Shown here: positions 1 to 15,032 of the stretch, in pieces | Position numbering within the stretch: position 1 is the first letter of the stretch | How the letters are laid out: each line of letters opens with the position of its first letter | NCBI GenBank assembly: GCA_951406725.2 | Contig: OX597815.1 | Span: 83,514,001 to 83,578,000 of the forward strand | Reading direction: 5' to 3' | Source of the DNA: Octopus vulgaris | Lineage: Eukaryota | DNA: 64,000 nt | Program-made: the position numbers and the translations under genes | Notes under the pieces: model-generated | What the model saw: only the letters and a program-made list of their open reading frames with translations | Database searches by the model: none | Told to the model about the DNA's origin: nothing

Positions 1-69
1 TGTGGGAGTATTTAGGAATCTAAATCGTAGGAGACAGACAGCACACAACCTTACTTTTATATATAAAGA
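1..69 (-). mobile_element. 5' end of a non-autonomous Helitron-like element (continues off window)
   Basis: The + strand ends ...cagacagcacacaaccttacttttatatataaagat, so the - strand starts A|TCtttatatataaaag. This is the same terminal style as the element at 34887-36038. Confidence 0.5.
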
Positions 70-78
70 TATATTATT

Positions 79-111
<33 letters not shown>

Positions 112-118
112 ATAAATG

Positions 119-200
<82 letters not shown>

Positions 201-244
201 TATATAGTTGGAATTCATAGAATATATATATATGTATATGTATG

Positions 245-432
245 TATCTGTGTTGTGTCTCTGTCTCTCCACCATCCGATGACAACCGATGTTGGTGCGT
301 TTACGTCTTCGTAAGCCAGCGGCTCGGCAAAGAGAAGCGATAGAATAAATATTAGGCTTACAAAGAATAATTCCTAGGCCCGATTTGTTCGACTAAATGT
401 GGTGCTTCAACATATAACCACAGTCAAAAGAA
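245..432 (+). mobile_element. 3' half of a tRNA-derived SINE (same family as 27095-27514)
   Basis: Matches the second half of the 27095 copy: gacaaccgatgttggtg...ggcttacaaagaataa...gactaaa.gtggtgct...cagtcaaa. Confidence 0.85.
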
Positions 433-435
433 TGT

Positions 436-466
<31 letters not shown>

Positions 467-926
467 CGTGTGTGTCTCTGTGTGTGTGTGCGTGCGTGCC
501 TGTGCGTGTGCTGACAATCACGGTACTTGACATAAGTAGTGAGGTATATTTTAGTACGGAATAAATTAACCGAAAATAATTATCAATGAATTCATATGTA
601 CTCATATATGTATATTTGCACGTAACTACGTTAGCGCTCATTAGCGTAGCGTACGTGTGTTCACATCTAAATACGACTCCAACAAATATCAGCTGCTTTG
701 CACTTTCTTTAAAGTGGAAACGTCAAAAGCAATTATAAATTTCAGTGTGTCCCTTTTATCTCCCTCTTCACAACGGACGATGTAAGATTTTACACCTCTG
801 TCTTCTTGCTATTATCCCTCTCTTTTCTCCCGTCCTTTATACTACTTTTCATTTTTCGTAGTTAAACATCCACTTAATTTTCCTTATGTTTCTCTCTTTG
901 TTGCACTTCGATGTCTGCCTTATTTC

Positions 927-933
<7 letters not shown>

Positions 934-993
<60 letters not shown>

Positions 994-1142
994 CATTATT
1001 ATTATGATTATTATGATTATTGTTGGTGTTGTTATTTTATTATTATTTTACTTATTATCACTGTTATCATTATTATTATTATTATTATTATCATTATTAG
1101 TATCATCATCATCATCATTATTATTATTATTACTACTACTAC

Positions 1143-1187
<45 letters not shown>

Positions 1188-1273
1188 CATCATCATTATA
1201 ATCATCTTCATTATTACTATTATTATGTTTATTATTACTATTATTATTACTATTATTAATATTATTTTTATTA

Positions 1274-1333
<60 letters not shown>

Positions 1334-1419
1334 CATCATCATTATCATCATCTTCATTTTTATTATCATTATTATGTTTATTATTACTATTATTATTATT
1401 ATTAATATTATTTTTATTA

Positions 1420-1450
<31 letters not shown>

Positions 1451-1452
1451 AC

Positions 1453-1509
<57 letters not shown>
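934..1509. repeat. (ATT)n/(ATC)n trinucleotide microsatellite
   Basis: Direct inspection of the sequence. Confidence 0.98.
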
Positions 1510-1511
<2 letters not shown>

Positions 1512-2037
1512 GTGGTTTATAGTGAGCACTCTTTTCTACGTTCTTTATAACAAATGATATCTTATTTCTTTAATTTCTCTTCAAGCATGCCGCCATCGTA
1601 TTTTTCCTTGCCAATCCTTCTCAAATGCTCTATTACCTCTTGTAAACATGACCTACTGTCAGATTGTGTGCTGCCTTTGTGATGCTATTTTACAGTTGTT
1701 CCTTTCCTCTGTTTGTGTTTGTGTGTGTGTGTGTATAAATATGTTTGCTTGTATATACATATGTGTGTGTGTATCCATATATGCATGCATACATATATGT
1801 ATGTATCCACCTCCAATTTTCCTTCTATCCCTCTCTCTCTCGCCCTTCCATCATTTCTTCCACCACACACATAGTTATATATGCGTATGTGTGTGTGTGC
1901 GAGTTAGCTATTTGATTAATTACTTATCAATAATTTCAAGAAGTCATACAGTATGCAAAACATAATTTACACAGTCACACAAACATATGCATGCTTGTGT
2001 ATGAAACAGTATTAGGTGTGCATGTATCAACAAAGAA

Positions 2038-2039
<2 letters not shown>

Positions 2040-2117
<78 letters not shown>

Positions 2118-2141
2118 GTAGAGAGAGAGAGAGAGAGAGAG
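2040..2141. repeat. (GATA)n(GA)n compound microsatellite
   Basis: Direct inspection of the sequence. Confidence 0.98.
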
Positions 2142-3067
2142 AACAGAAAGATAAAAGAAAGGGTTGAAAGTAATTTAAATGCTAAATGCTTACGAGATAG
2201 GTGTCACATGCAAGCACAAAACACATTACACAACTAAAACGAATGTTATACAGCTTGTAGTTACTTTCATCTTATATATAGCACTTATATTTAACTATCC
2301 ACTGAATTGACTTATACATCTGTTACTTATTTTATGGAGCACATAGAGGTGAAAAACAAAAGCTGAGTCTTCTCTATTTATAATGAGAATATATAGTAAA
2401 CAAATAGCAAGTAGTAGAAGGTGTTTAACCCGGCAGTTAACCAAATGTGTTTCGATATTCCTTTGGTCGTACAGGCACAGGTTGATGACCTGTTTTATTT
2501 ATCTTTTTTAGCGTTTCAGACATTGCATAGCAACAGCAGGGGAGGAATGGCAAAGTCGGCATAAATATAAAGGAAAGGAAAGAAACAAAGTACTAATGTA
2601 CAAAGTACTAAAGTACTATGCAGTCAACACCATAACCCGGAGAGTCAAACGTAAAGTAGACTATCAAATACTGATATAATAAACAGATCTACCTAATCTA
2701 CCAAATATATCGATCATTATAGCGTATCAATGTTTCTTTTCTGTTCCAAGATTCACCTCAGGGATGCTCTAAGGTGCATCACCAGTGATGTTCTGGGGCG
2801 TCGGCTTCTTTCGGTACTTTCAGCAGAATCTACCCTCACCCAATGAAAACAGAATTGGTTCATCAAGTGCCAGCTTGCATCCCAGTGAGAGCAAAACACT
2901 GGTCAGCACTTTCTAACCGAAGTGACCTACTGGTATTCCCTGCAACTTCAGCAATGGAATTTTTGGTCTTTCCCTTTGCTTTGCCGCATCAGTAACGTTA
3001 GTCTCCACAGCCCAGTTCAGTCGGGCTTGTAACGGGCTTGTAACGGGCTTGTAACGGGCTTGCCTGC

Positions 3068-3147
<80 letters not shown>

Positions 3148-3175
3148 ATATATATATATATATCTATCTATCTAT

Positions 3176-3206
<31 letters not shown>

Positions 3207-3370
3207 CTTTTATTTCCTTCATTCATTTGACTGCAGTCATGCTGGAACACCATATGTAAGCATATCTATGTGTATTTATATGTAAATGTGTGTATGCATA
3301 TATAAACATATTTATAGCTCACTGATTAGACGGTCGGGCTCACAATCATGACGTAGTGACTACAGTTCCT

Positions 3371-3570
3371 GGGAAGAGATCTTGAGCTTCCTCTTAAGCC
3401 TCTTGATTCCTCGGGGAACAGCATTTTTTAAACGGTCGCGCTTCTGAAGGATTGTCTTCAGCTCGGCCCACGTCAATCCAGCTGCCCTCACCTCTACGTT
3501 AACACTGCTGTACTAAGACTGTTTTGGTCGCCCCTCTTTTCCCTTCTCCTCTGGGTTCCAGTCAAGGGAG
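3371..3570 (-). mobile_element. RTE-clade LINE 3' fragment
   Basis: The - strand reads LDWNPEEKGKRGRPKQS*YSSVNVEVRAAGLTWAELKTI, matching the typical RTE C-terminal 'W.P.GKR.RGRP...W.EL' motif. Confidence 0.8.
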
Positions 3571-3764
3571 TATAATTAACTAATATATTATAATTAATTA
3601 ATTAATTAATAATTAATATGTTACATATTGATCATTCATTTTTATACTTTTTGAGATCTAGTTATAAGTTATATGTTTTATAAAAATATTTATTATTTGT
3701 TATTTATGTGTTGGTTTATGTCTATCAATGTTTGAGTTGCATAATAATGGTTTTATCTCTAATT

Positions 3765-3829
<65 letters not shown>

Positions 3830-5325
3830 TATATATATATATACGCATATTCGGTGTTTACATCAGCCAAACGTTACGTTCTTATGAATTGGCTGCGTAT
3901 ATAGTAGTTATCTGAGATTTAATGTCGTACATAAAATAATTGCAGCGTTTCTAAGCCACAAAGCAATGACTACATAATAATCTAGAATATTGTTATCAGA
4001 GTTCCACACTCCGCTTTATTCTGTGGGTCACAGCGTTGAACGGAAATTTGAGGCACATCTTCAAAATAAAAATTGTATTTGGATGCAGTCTCGTTGCAGT
4101 GAAATAGGATGTAATTAAAAGCATGTAACTCCAGTGCATTATGCTAAAACATTTTACAAGGTGCATATTTTCAGAAAAAAGTTGTTTTTCTTTTTACACA
4201 GCTTAGAATTTCGGAAGTGATTCAGTGTGTAGGATTTTTATTTGCATTTGCAATGCAAATAATTGGATGTTAACTTGAACCAAATCATAAAAAATTACAT
4301 CGGTATCCATTGAAGGTAAGGCTTTATTCATTTGAGATAATATTCCTTAATATTATCACACTTATTTATTCTCTTTTTCTCTTCCCTTAAAACATTCATA
4401 TATCTATATGTATATAAAGGAATTTATACGGCTATATGAGCTGTGTAACTTCAAAATGGAGGTGTACGTGCACGTGAAATATGGTTTAGTGAATCATTTC
4501 TTTTTTGCTGGATGTGAAGTAATAATAATAAAACATGTTCCCACTCACTTGCATTTCATTGTGACAATTCATATTTTGCTTCATATTAAATGTTACCCAA
4601 TCGCATATAAAGATAATGCACAAAAAGGGTACAATGTGTAAATACATACACCTACATTAATATGCATACATGTGCATGCGTATGCATGTATGGTGTGTTG
4701 AAACATTGTAAACTGGAAGCTTTACCGTTAAGATACGCGAATGTCTTCAATGTCCCTGAATAATAATATTATTATTAGTCAAATAACCCACGAAATAATG
4801 AACTGAATATTCGGTTATTGAAACAATCATTTAGTCAAAAGATAAATCAATCGGTTTCTCGGTGACCCTAAGAATGATATTCCATATTTGCAAGTGGTTT
4901 GTGAGACGATATTCAGGTTCACAGAAAAAAGGCCTAGAGAGTACAAAACTACATTTGAGGATAAAATTATGAATCATTGGTTAGTTACTTTCAATTGCAA
5001 TTATATTGTATTAAATGTGCCGTTCTTAGGTTTTACTCTTGTATTATGTTTCTTAATTATCTTTATATTTTGATAATAGATTTAATTATTGTGGTGTTGT
5101 TGCAAAGAGGTTGACACGATAGCATTGGCATGGGAATTGTGTCTGGTGGCGGACGAGTTTTTACTCGGCCCCCTACTTTTTTCAATAGTAAATGGGTTGG
5201 TCTGACATCCGCCCGTAGTACTAGTATTACATCTGTAAATTGCCAACATTTTAGACCATCAACAGCGTCAAATGAATATATTTCCTAACGAACAGTTACC
5301 GTTTATGGATTAGTATATCTTAGAC

Positions 5326-5527
5326 CAGTGGTTCCGAACCTTTTCACAGTGGTTCCCAACAGTGGCTCCCAACCATTTTATGTAAATGTGCTTTCCTTAG
5401 GACCCCTTTTAATATGCTTATCCTTATATGTATCTATATATATGAAATTTAGTATTTAGTTCACAGACATCAAGTAATATTTTTGCGGACCACCAGGGAT
5501 CCGTGGACCCCAGGTTGGGAACCACTA
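5326..5527. mobile_element. hAT (Charlie/Buster-type) MITE
   Basis: Terminal inverted repeats cagtggttcc(c/g)aacc ... ggttgggaaccact. The left TIR is locally triplicated, and no clean 8-bp TSD is visible. Confidence 0.65.
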
Positions 5528-5664
5528 CAGACATAGATGTTGATTTCTTGTCGCCCTGCTCATATTCACAGAATATACAGACCTTTACCTGTATAAACAG
5601 TAGCGAAATTCTTTCATTCCTACCCATATCGTTTACACAGTACACTAATTCTGTGTTTTTTTTA

Positions 5665-6759
5665 TGTTATTATGCAGATGCAGATCGTCTTCGCCTTCTG
5701 AGAGCCCAAGGATATCGAGGCTTGATCCCATTTGAAATCTCTTTCAAAAATACCGCAACTGGACTGACTAAAATATCTTGAAACATCTAACGACTGGATA
5801 ATAACACTCGTTGAAAACCATGAAAGACGTAATAAGCATCATTCTCTCATGAAGGAGAGCAAGAAATTCACTAATGAGTTCATGAATAATACCCAGGTTA
5901 AGCAACATAATGCCAGTGCGCAACTGATGCTGCAAAGAAGGTGAAATCAAATAGCAAAGAAAAAGCATTCGAACAATTGGCTGATAGTCGGGAACAAAGA
6001 CCTCTGCATGTGACCCATAGCACACAAGCTGATGTAGACCAGAAGCACACTTATTAGTGATTACAGAGCTCAGGTAGAGAGCGAAGGATGTATCTTGGCT
6101 GCTCAAGATCAGAGCATATTGACACAGTACTACCAAGCCAATATGATGAAAACTGGAGGAGACCGAAATCACCGATTCTGCGATGATAATATTGAGAAAT
6201 TGGACCATCTAATCTCTGGGTGTAAGGTTTTAGCACCTGTAGGGTATAAATGAAGACATGATAGAGTTGACCAATATCTACACTGGATTATATATCGGTA
6301 TTATAAAATCAAAATTGCTGATAATTGATAGAAGCACCACACTGAGGCTGTAATTGATGGAGAAAATGCAACGACGCTTTCGGTCTTTCCAATACATAAT
6401 GACCGAACCATCGAAGGTAATAAACCAGATATTGTTGTGAAAGACTAAAACAATGAAATCTCTCTATTGATTGACATGAGCATACATTATGATCATAATA
6501 TTTCGGCAAGAGAAATTTGCTGACTGAAATCGAAAAAATGTGACACCAAAGACGGTTACATTAGCTTTGATTGTAGGAGAACTTGGAATGATCAAATAAA
6601 GAACTGAGAAATATTTGAGAATGATCCCTGGTTTATCATCCATGCAGAATGTGCAAAAGATTGTCTTCTCTCGTACATTAGCGTATTAAGAAGAGCATTA
6701 TCGCTGTGAATTTTCTTTCCTTTTCCCTTTATTTTCTTTGTTTGTTTCTTCTTTCATTT

Positions 6760-6817
<58 letters not shown>

Positions 6818-6935
6818 CTACCCCTTTTTTTCTGTCACATGACTTTATAAATGTTCAGTCTGGCTCACAATGAATTTCTTAGCCCTACGTTTTGAGAAGG
6901 CACTCGGCAAAGAATGGAAGCAAAAATTGAAAGTT
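5665..6935 (+). mobile_element. R4/Dong-like RLE non-LTR retrotransposon, decayed 3' part
   Basis: Broken frames give DRLRLLRAQGYRGLI (RLY.PR..GGRGL), a CCHC-like RFCDDNIEKLDHLISGC...RHDRV, and the RLE motif KPDIVVKD...LIDMS. An (AAT)-rich tail follows. Confidence 0.8.
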
Positions 6936-7576
6936 GCTAATGATAAAAATAATAACAACAAATAATACACATCTACATTTGTTCCGTTTCTAACTCTAAG
7001 CTACCATTATATATGTGTGTGTGTAGTGTGTGAGTGTATATATATATATAGATATAGATATATATATATACATATATAAGTATATATATATATATATATA
7101 TATATATGAGTATATATATATATATATATATATATAAATATATATATGAGTAGATATATATATACACACATACATACGTCCATATAAAAAGAACTAGCAA
7201 GATAGATTGAGAGGGGTAAGAGTGGCATGTCTTAACCCTGATATCTAGGAACAGGAGAAGATTCAAAGGAAATATCACGGGTGGGCTCATCTACTGAAAT
7301 GCCGCCGAGCGTTTTATCCTTAGCCGTTAGCGAAAGAAAAAATCTAATCAGAAATGTCGCTTTCATCATAAACAGTAATTTTTCAATGTCCGACACCGGC
7401 ATGCCTTTGACAGTTCTGTCTTCCTACCACATTTTCTGTTCAATCTTTTCCCTCTCTTCTCTCTTCCTCTCTTCCAGTCTCTTCTCTTCTCTCTTCCCCT
7501 CTCTTCCTCTCTCTCTGTCTCTTCTCTGTCTTCTCCTCTCTCCTTCTCTCTATCTCTCTCTCACTATCTATATATC

Positions 7577-7626
<50 letters not shown>

Positions 7627-9087
7627 GTTTATATGACAATCTATTTATATATCTAGCTATCTGTCAGCAATTTATCAATTAATAAATCTCTCTCACTCCT
7701 TCTCTTCATACACACACACACAAATATATATATATATATATGTATGTGTGTATGTGTGTGTGTATATGTATGTATGTACGTGTAGGCACGTATTCATAAG
7801 AATGTGCGTTTGCATGTATGTATGTGTGTAACCAGCTATCTCTTCCAACTCACTATAAACGTTTACATATTTTGTATTACATTCTCCCGTTGTGTTTCAT
7901 CTTTCATTTTCGTATTCCAAACAATAGCTGTTTACTTTCTGTTATATTAATGCTATTGTACTTTTCACAATGTATTAACTCTTTTTAATCCATATATATC
8001 TAACACTCCCCCTTTTTTATTTCCACCGTTCTCTTCCTCTCTGCCTTTATATTCTCTAAACACTTATCATTATATATATTTATCGGCCTGTTGAATTATT
8101 CCATATAACATATTGTATTTTTCTTCTTATATACTCATATTTCAATCTATCATTATTTCTGTCCATTCACCCATCTCTAAATCAGCTTTGCATTATCTAA
8201 TATTTCTCCTACTCTCTATCTCCTACCTATTATGAATACATCTCTCCAAATAATTCTTAATGTATTGCCCTTTTTACTTCACAATAACGACATGCAATAA
8301 ATAGTTCACTAAAATATTATTATTCATCTACAAGAGCTCTCGCACTTTACTGAGTTTCAGCAAACACACGCGCGAGCACACACGTACACATACATGTATA
8401 CATATATAGATGCATGCATACATACATATATACTTACATACAAACATATTTATATCTGTAAGTACTGCTGCTCAGTTACCTTCTTCAGAATGTAAAACTA
8501 TTTTCAGTTTGCGAAGACCCTTAGGCATTTTTGATTGATCATGTGGGCGGGGCATGGGAATTGCAACGAAGGTTTCCTTTTGTTCTGCTTATTATTTATT
8601 TTGCCATATAAACGCATCTATTGATTTTTTAATTCGGTAAGCAGAAGTATGTAGCTCTGGTAAGAAAATAATAGCGAGGAAGTAGGTAAGATGAAGATAG
8701 GGCGCCCCTAATCCGAACATTTGATAAGTTTAAGACATCATTCTAGGAGAAATATTCGTATTAAATAGACAGAGAAAAATATTTATTCGTGGATAACACC
8801 TGCTACGACTGCAGAAGAATCTTTGGCCTAGTAAAACTCAGTGTGAATGAAATGAGTAAAACCTGGTTACAGAAGAGAAATATCACATGGTTCAATCCGA
8901 TTGTATAGGCTAGGAACTTTTTAAAGACGTTAGGAAAATACTTTCTACACTTCAGTAAATATGTTAACATTTTTAATAGGCATAAAGTGATATCTGCGTA
9001 TTACACCATTAAAATCTAACGGATAATATAGCAGCAATTAATAATGAGTACCTCTAATTATTTGTGCAACAATGTCATCCCTATCTC

Positions 9088-9169
<82 letters not shown>

Positions 9170-9225
9170 GTGTCCTTAAGTTTTCAAACAAGGCAGATAA
9201 GCACCTCTATCCAGCAAACCCAGCG

Positions 9226-9266
9226 CCAGAGACTAGTTTCAGAGTCATTGCTCTTCAGCAGTCTGG
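9226..9266 (-). ncRNA. Type I hammerhead ribozyme with a core mutation (CUGcUGA)
   Basis: Reverse complement reads ccaga-CTGCTGA-agag caatga ctct-GAAA-ctag-TC-tctgg. Confidence 0.8.
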
Positions 9267-9774
9267 AGTAGCTTGACTTGCTAGCTGTCGATGCTTATTC
9301 ACCTTTGAAAACTTATAACAGTTTCAAGTGAAATAGTTTCACTGATCTACAAAATTAGAAAGATTGCATTTCTAAATCTCTTAGAGAGACTTATACAGTA
9401 GCAGAACGATAAAGTGATGGTTTGTTGCCAACTTAATGTGGCACTCACAGGAAAGGAAAGAATGCTACTCCTATTTAGTCCCAGGAAACACCGTTTCCAT
9501 TTGGCTATGTGACACAAGCGTTCTGTGTCCTTAAGTTTTCAAACAGGGGAGATAAGCACCTCCGCCCAGCAAACCCAGCAACAAGAGACTTTAAAGGAAA
9601 CTGAACGCCTGTGCAACAAACCATCACTTTATCGAGTTGGTATTGTATATGTCTCTCTGAGACATTTAGAAATGCAATATTTCTAATTTTGTAGATCAGT
9701 GTATTTATTTCACTTGAAATTCCTATCAGTTTTCAAAGGTGGATATGCATCGACAGCTAGCGAACCAAGCTACT

Positions 9775-9815
9775 CCAGACTGATGAAAAGAAATGACTCT
9801 GAAACTAGTCTCTGG
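9775..9815 (+). ncRNA. Type I hammerhead ribozyme
   Basis: ccaga-CTGATGA-aaagaaatgactct-GAAA-ctag-TC-tctgg: 5-bp stem I, palindromic stem III, GUC cleavage triplet. Stem II has one mismatch relative to the other copy. Confidence 0.88.
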
Positions 9816-11534
9816 TTGCTGGGTTTGCTGAGTGGAGGTGCTTATATCCCCTGTTTGGAAAGTCAAGGACACAGAACGCTTGTGTCACATAGCCAACCGG
9901 GAACGGTGTTTGCCGAAGTTAAATAGCAGTAGCATTCTTCCGTTTCGTTGGACTACCACATTAAGTTGGCAACAAACCATCATTTTATCGTGCTGCTATT
10001 GTATAAGTCTCTCTGAGAGGTTTAGAGATGCAATATTTCTAATTTTATATATTTATATATGATACACCATCAGTTACGATTGCATGCAGTTCTAATTGTA
10101 ACAGTAATAATGATTTGGTAAACAATGACACTTTAACTAAACTAATTAATGACATGTAGCTCTTGGGATCCTGGTAAGTGCTCTTTAAGTGAAGAATGTC
10201 TTAGAACTAATTTAGTTGCGGCACCAGATAAAATAAATCGCTATTGGTGCTAGTCTAAATAATTATGACCATTCCTTTAACTATATAAGTAAAGCATTTA
10301 GCGCATGTTCACCAAATTTATTTGAGAATTCAAAACGAAGCAGTCCCTTATATTAAATTATAGCTGTTGTAAAATGAAGATAGAAGCAGCTGCAGATTAT
10401 TTTCTGTTGAGGAAAAAGAAATCCTTAAATGTATTTCGAAATGAATCGAATTCATTCGTTAAATTTGATGAAGTTATGTCCGGCTTCTCTCAATAGTTCA
10501 ATATAACATTCATAAAAATTATGATTATCTTAATCCAAATTAACTACGTCGCCGGGTGGCGTCCAGATTCTTGCTGTTATCTTTTGCCTAATTACTCTTG
10601 AGTTTATATTATGATCTCAGTATCTCGTGACTTCATACTTCAAACATTTCTCAAGAAATTAATCAATATATATATAGTTAAGATGAGCTTTAACTCTCTC
10701 TGATCACAATCATAAACTGTATTCTGTACCATTAATTCTGCACATTATATTCATCATTATTGTTTTAGTCGTACTTGTACCTCGGTATTATCTTTATACT
10801 TTATATGAGTATATCAAACCACTATTCTAAGAGTATATATAGTAGTAAACTTCAGTCTCTTTGACGCTTTTCACTTATATTTTCATCTTCTCGTCTCTTC
10901 CTTCATAATTTATATTCCATAAATTAGTCGGTTCCTGACCTGTCATAGTTTTGTGGTCCTAGATGTTTGCTACAGATTTAACATTAGGAAATAAATAAGA
11001 CAAAATACTGCTTTAGGGAAAATTTATTAATGCAACTACCTCCTCTTTATAATTTATCACTTTGTCTTCTAACCACCCCTCTATTGTAATAGACTACTTT
11101 CTACAATGGAAACCAGAGTCTATTTGGTGTTACATTTGTAGCCTGAAAAAAGGACTAGAGGAACTTGCTTCAAATATCTTATGGATTTTCATAATTTATA
11201 TAACTCATCATGTTGATTTGTGTAAAATTACTACTTATTATTGAAATGAATATCTTTGAAGCCGCTGTAAACTAGAAGAGGTGGGGATTTGATTTCATAT
11301 TAATGATGTTGGCTATCAGGTTTTTAAACCCAATAGGGCTGTAAACAGGTCTATCTATGTATATACGTATGTTTCCTATACAGTTTATGATTGGGCGTTT
11401 TTATTTCTCCATACACACGTTCTTCTATTTTGTTTTTTCACTCAGTTTTTCCGGGTTCACCTCTCATTTTAAGTTACATCTTATGCGAGTTAACTTGAGA
11501 TCCCTTGACGACAAAATTAGCTTAAGGTATCTTC

Positions 11535-11617
11535 GGCCTGATAAAGAACTAGTGGAGTACACCTCGTTGAGTAATTATTACTTCCGTGGTCTTTGTAGCT
11601 AAGAAACACATGTAGCC
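11535..11617 (+). ncRNA. Degenerate type I hammerhead with a long stem II region
   Basis: ggc-CTGATAA-(58 nt)-GAAA-cacatg-TA-gcc, about 30 nt upstream of a (TA)n tract. Same layout as 56305-56397. Confidence 0.55.
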
Positions 11618-11646
11618 TCGATTTTATCTACTCCATTCCTTCAATT

Positions 11647-11698
<52 letters not shown>

Positions 11699-12470
11699 TG
11701 GGTGTATATGTATATCTATATCTATATATTTATATATGTATGAATGTATGTATGTATGTATGTATGTATGTATGTATGTATGTATGTATGTATGTATGTA
11801 TGTATGTATGTATGTATGCATATGGGAGTACGATCATATATGTCTGGTTTGTATCTGTATTATCCTGTGGATGTGAGACAGACGCATTTGATTATGTGAT
11901 GTCAAATTGCTTCTGAAATTGCAGTCTGAATTCTGCTGGAGACATTTAACTTAATATATGCGGTAGGGGAGAGCGATAAAAATATGAGACACATTTAAGC
12001 CATTTTCTGAATGGAAATTTTTTTATCAGATCTTTAAAAAATAGACTTGATAGACTTGAAGCATACCAATAAATGATTCAATTTGCATTTTAGTGTTTTT
12101 CATAAGTAAAAGCAAAAAAATATATACAATGACTATAAACTGGAAACAAAAGCATATATTCAATTTTTTTTTCAATGTATATATTGTTGCATAGTAAACT
12201 ACATCCTATACAAATTGAACAGGCTCCGAGTGAGGGCCCACTTATGAAAGAAATACATACACAAACACAATGGCAGGTCAAGCATTCGAACATGCACTAT
12301 ACATATACAACATGTGAAACACACGCGTGGAATTGAAAACTGAAAAATTTTAAAAGACATGCAAAACAAACCAGATTGATTATGACTTGCCCAAACTTCT
12401 ATGATTTTAACAACGAAATAGACTATGTAAATATATTTCTAAATCTCCCATACATGTTATGACCCTAGGA

Positions 12471-12528
<58 letters not shown>

Positions 12529-13198
12529 TGTATGTATGTATGTATGTATGTATGTATGTATGTATGTATGTATGTATGTATGTATGTATGCGGATGTGTG
12601 CTTGTGAGTGTGAGTGAGTGTGTGAATGTGTTAACGTGTATAAATATATATATATATATATATATACATATATAAACCATTCAGTTCCTGATATCTAAAT
12701 GATTTTCAATGAAAGATTACATAACATATTTCGCAGACACTGATCGCGAATGACTCTAAATTCACTTCGATCAAATCGCATTACACCTAGCACTGATAAT
12801 GCTACTACAATTAACACCACTACTATTACAACTACTAATATTTCCGCAAATATTTCAGTAGATGTATAGTAGTCCTGTCGCACCCATTGAACTTGATATA
12901 GTGCTTATTGTTTTGAAAATATTCAAATCTGATTTGAAACGTCGGCTTGTTTGAAGTTTAGACAATCACATTATTGGCAATGATTCATTTGTAACTTTCC
13001 TTCTTTCATGCGTATTTTACGGCATGTAATTTGCGTATCATACTTTTATGTATACTCACGTATAACTAACACATTATTGTGCTTGAAAATTATATCTATA
13101 GTTTCATGCACACACAGAGACACGCATATGTATATATGCTTGCATGTGTGTATGTGTGTGTGTATGTATATATGTCTGTATGCATGTATGTATGTATG

Positions 13199-13243
<45 letters not shown>

Positions 13244-13411
13244 TTGTGTGTGTGTGTGTGTGTGTGTGATTATATATATTCACATATGCTCGTGTAAGTA
13301 TATGTATGTACGTATGTAATTGCATTTATATAAGTATGTATATGCATATACAGTTGTGTTCATATGTATACGTATATGTGTGTAAAGTCATACAAACAGA
13401 TACACCATTAT

Positions 13412-13464
<53 letters not shown>

Positions 13465-13716
13465 TTATATATATATATATGCATGCATTTATATATACGT
13501 ATATATGTATACGTATATGTAGGTGCTGCTATATATGAATTATAAAAGCATATGCGTATGAAATAAGTGTAGGGTATTTGTTAATATAGATTTTTATGCA
13601 GTACATATGTACGCCTGTTTGGGTATATGCCTATAATTATAGTAAATATTTATACGAATCCCCCATTAAATGTTAAAATTTGAAATACACATACCCTGAG
13701 CGAAGGGAGTAAAAGC

Positions 13717-13777
<61 letters not shown>

Positions 13778-13859
13778 ATGTATGTATAATATCTGATAAA
13801 TCTGTGTGTGTTGGAGTGTGTGTAAACATACATTGGGCAAATATAAATGCATTTATGTG

Positions 13860-13900
<41 letters not shown>

Positions 13901-13942
13901 GTAAATTTGTATGTATTTATATGGATATGTGGGTGTATGTAT

Positions 13943-13978
<36 letters not shown>

Positions 13979-14051
13979 GTAGGTATGTATATCTATGTAT
14001 ATATAAAAATGTATAGTAATACAAATATATACACACACACACATATATACA

Positions 14052-14105
<54 letters not shown>

Positions 14106-14568
14106 AACATACATATGATACACATAGATATACATAAATAATTGCGTTAGTGTGCGCATTTCCGTACACGCACACATAGATGCAGTAAAAATATACTAAT
14201 TTATAATTACGTACGTGCACACAAACATGTGTGCGAATCTGTCTACCTCTGTACATATGGAAATTCATATTCAAAGTAATATCATGCTAAAATCTTCAAT
14301 GATGAAAAAGCAATATCATTTTATGATCAAACAGACATTCCCTTTGGTTTTTTTATTTATTTGTTTTTTTTAAATATTATTCTTTCATTAAATCATTTCT
14401 GGTGGTTTGATATTAATATCGTAACTGACATCGCTTCATGCACGCGCACACACGCGCACACATACACACACGCACACTCACATGCACAAAACTGCACGTA
14501 GTGATAGAGGTATACATCGACATGTATTTATATATACATATATATATATACATATATATATATATGTT

Positions 14569-14599
<31 letters not shown>

Positions 14600-14942
14600 G
14601 TCTATAAATACATATATAGATATATATACTTATATGTACATATACAGATATACACACCTATGTGTATGTGTGTGTGTGTGTATGTATGTGTATATCTCAT
14701 AGAACAGTTCTCTTTATACCGAGAAAGAATGATATACACGGTGTTAGAGATTCATAGAAATCTGTAGAACTCGCATACGCTCTTTGAAATTGCACTCTAA
14801 CATACCCACAAACTTATTACCAGTTATCTAAAATTCAATTTCTAACATTATGACTCTATACTTCTATTTATACCTAGATATACACATTGTCGTAGATTTA
14901 AGCATTCATATACACATACATGAATATATGCATACATTTACA

Positions 14943-15030
<88 letters not shown>

Positions 15031-15032
<2 letters not shown>

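Larger units (their letters stand above)
9165..10046. mobile_element. Hammerhead-bearing tandem/inverted repeat element (retrozyme or PLE pseudo-LTR), unit about 355 bp
   Basis: About 1.2 units (tgtgtccttaag at 9169 and 9524), a short spacer, then about 1.2 inverted units (gcaacaaaccatca at 9613 and 9969). (TA)n on both flanks and one HHR per full unit. Confidence 0.85.

Noticed and set aside
4202-4315. Exon-like segment (polypyrimidine-cag ... g|gtaag)
   Set aside because: Stops in all three frames and no supporting neighbouring exons.
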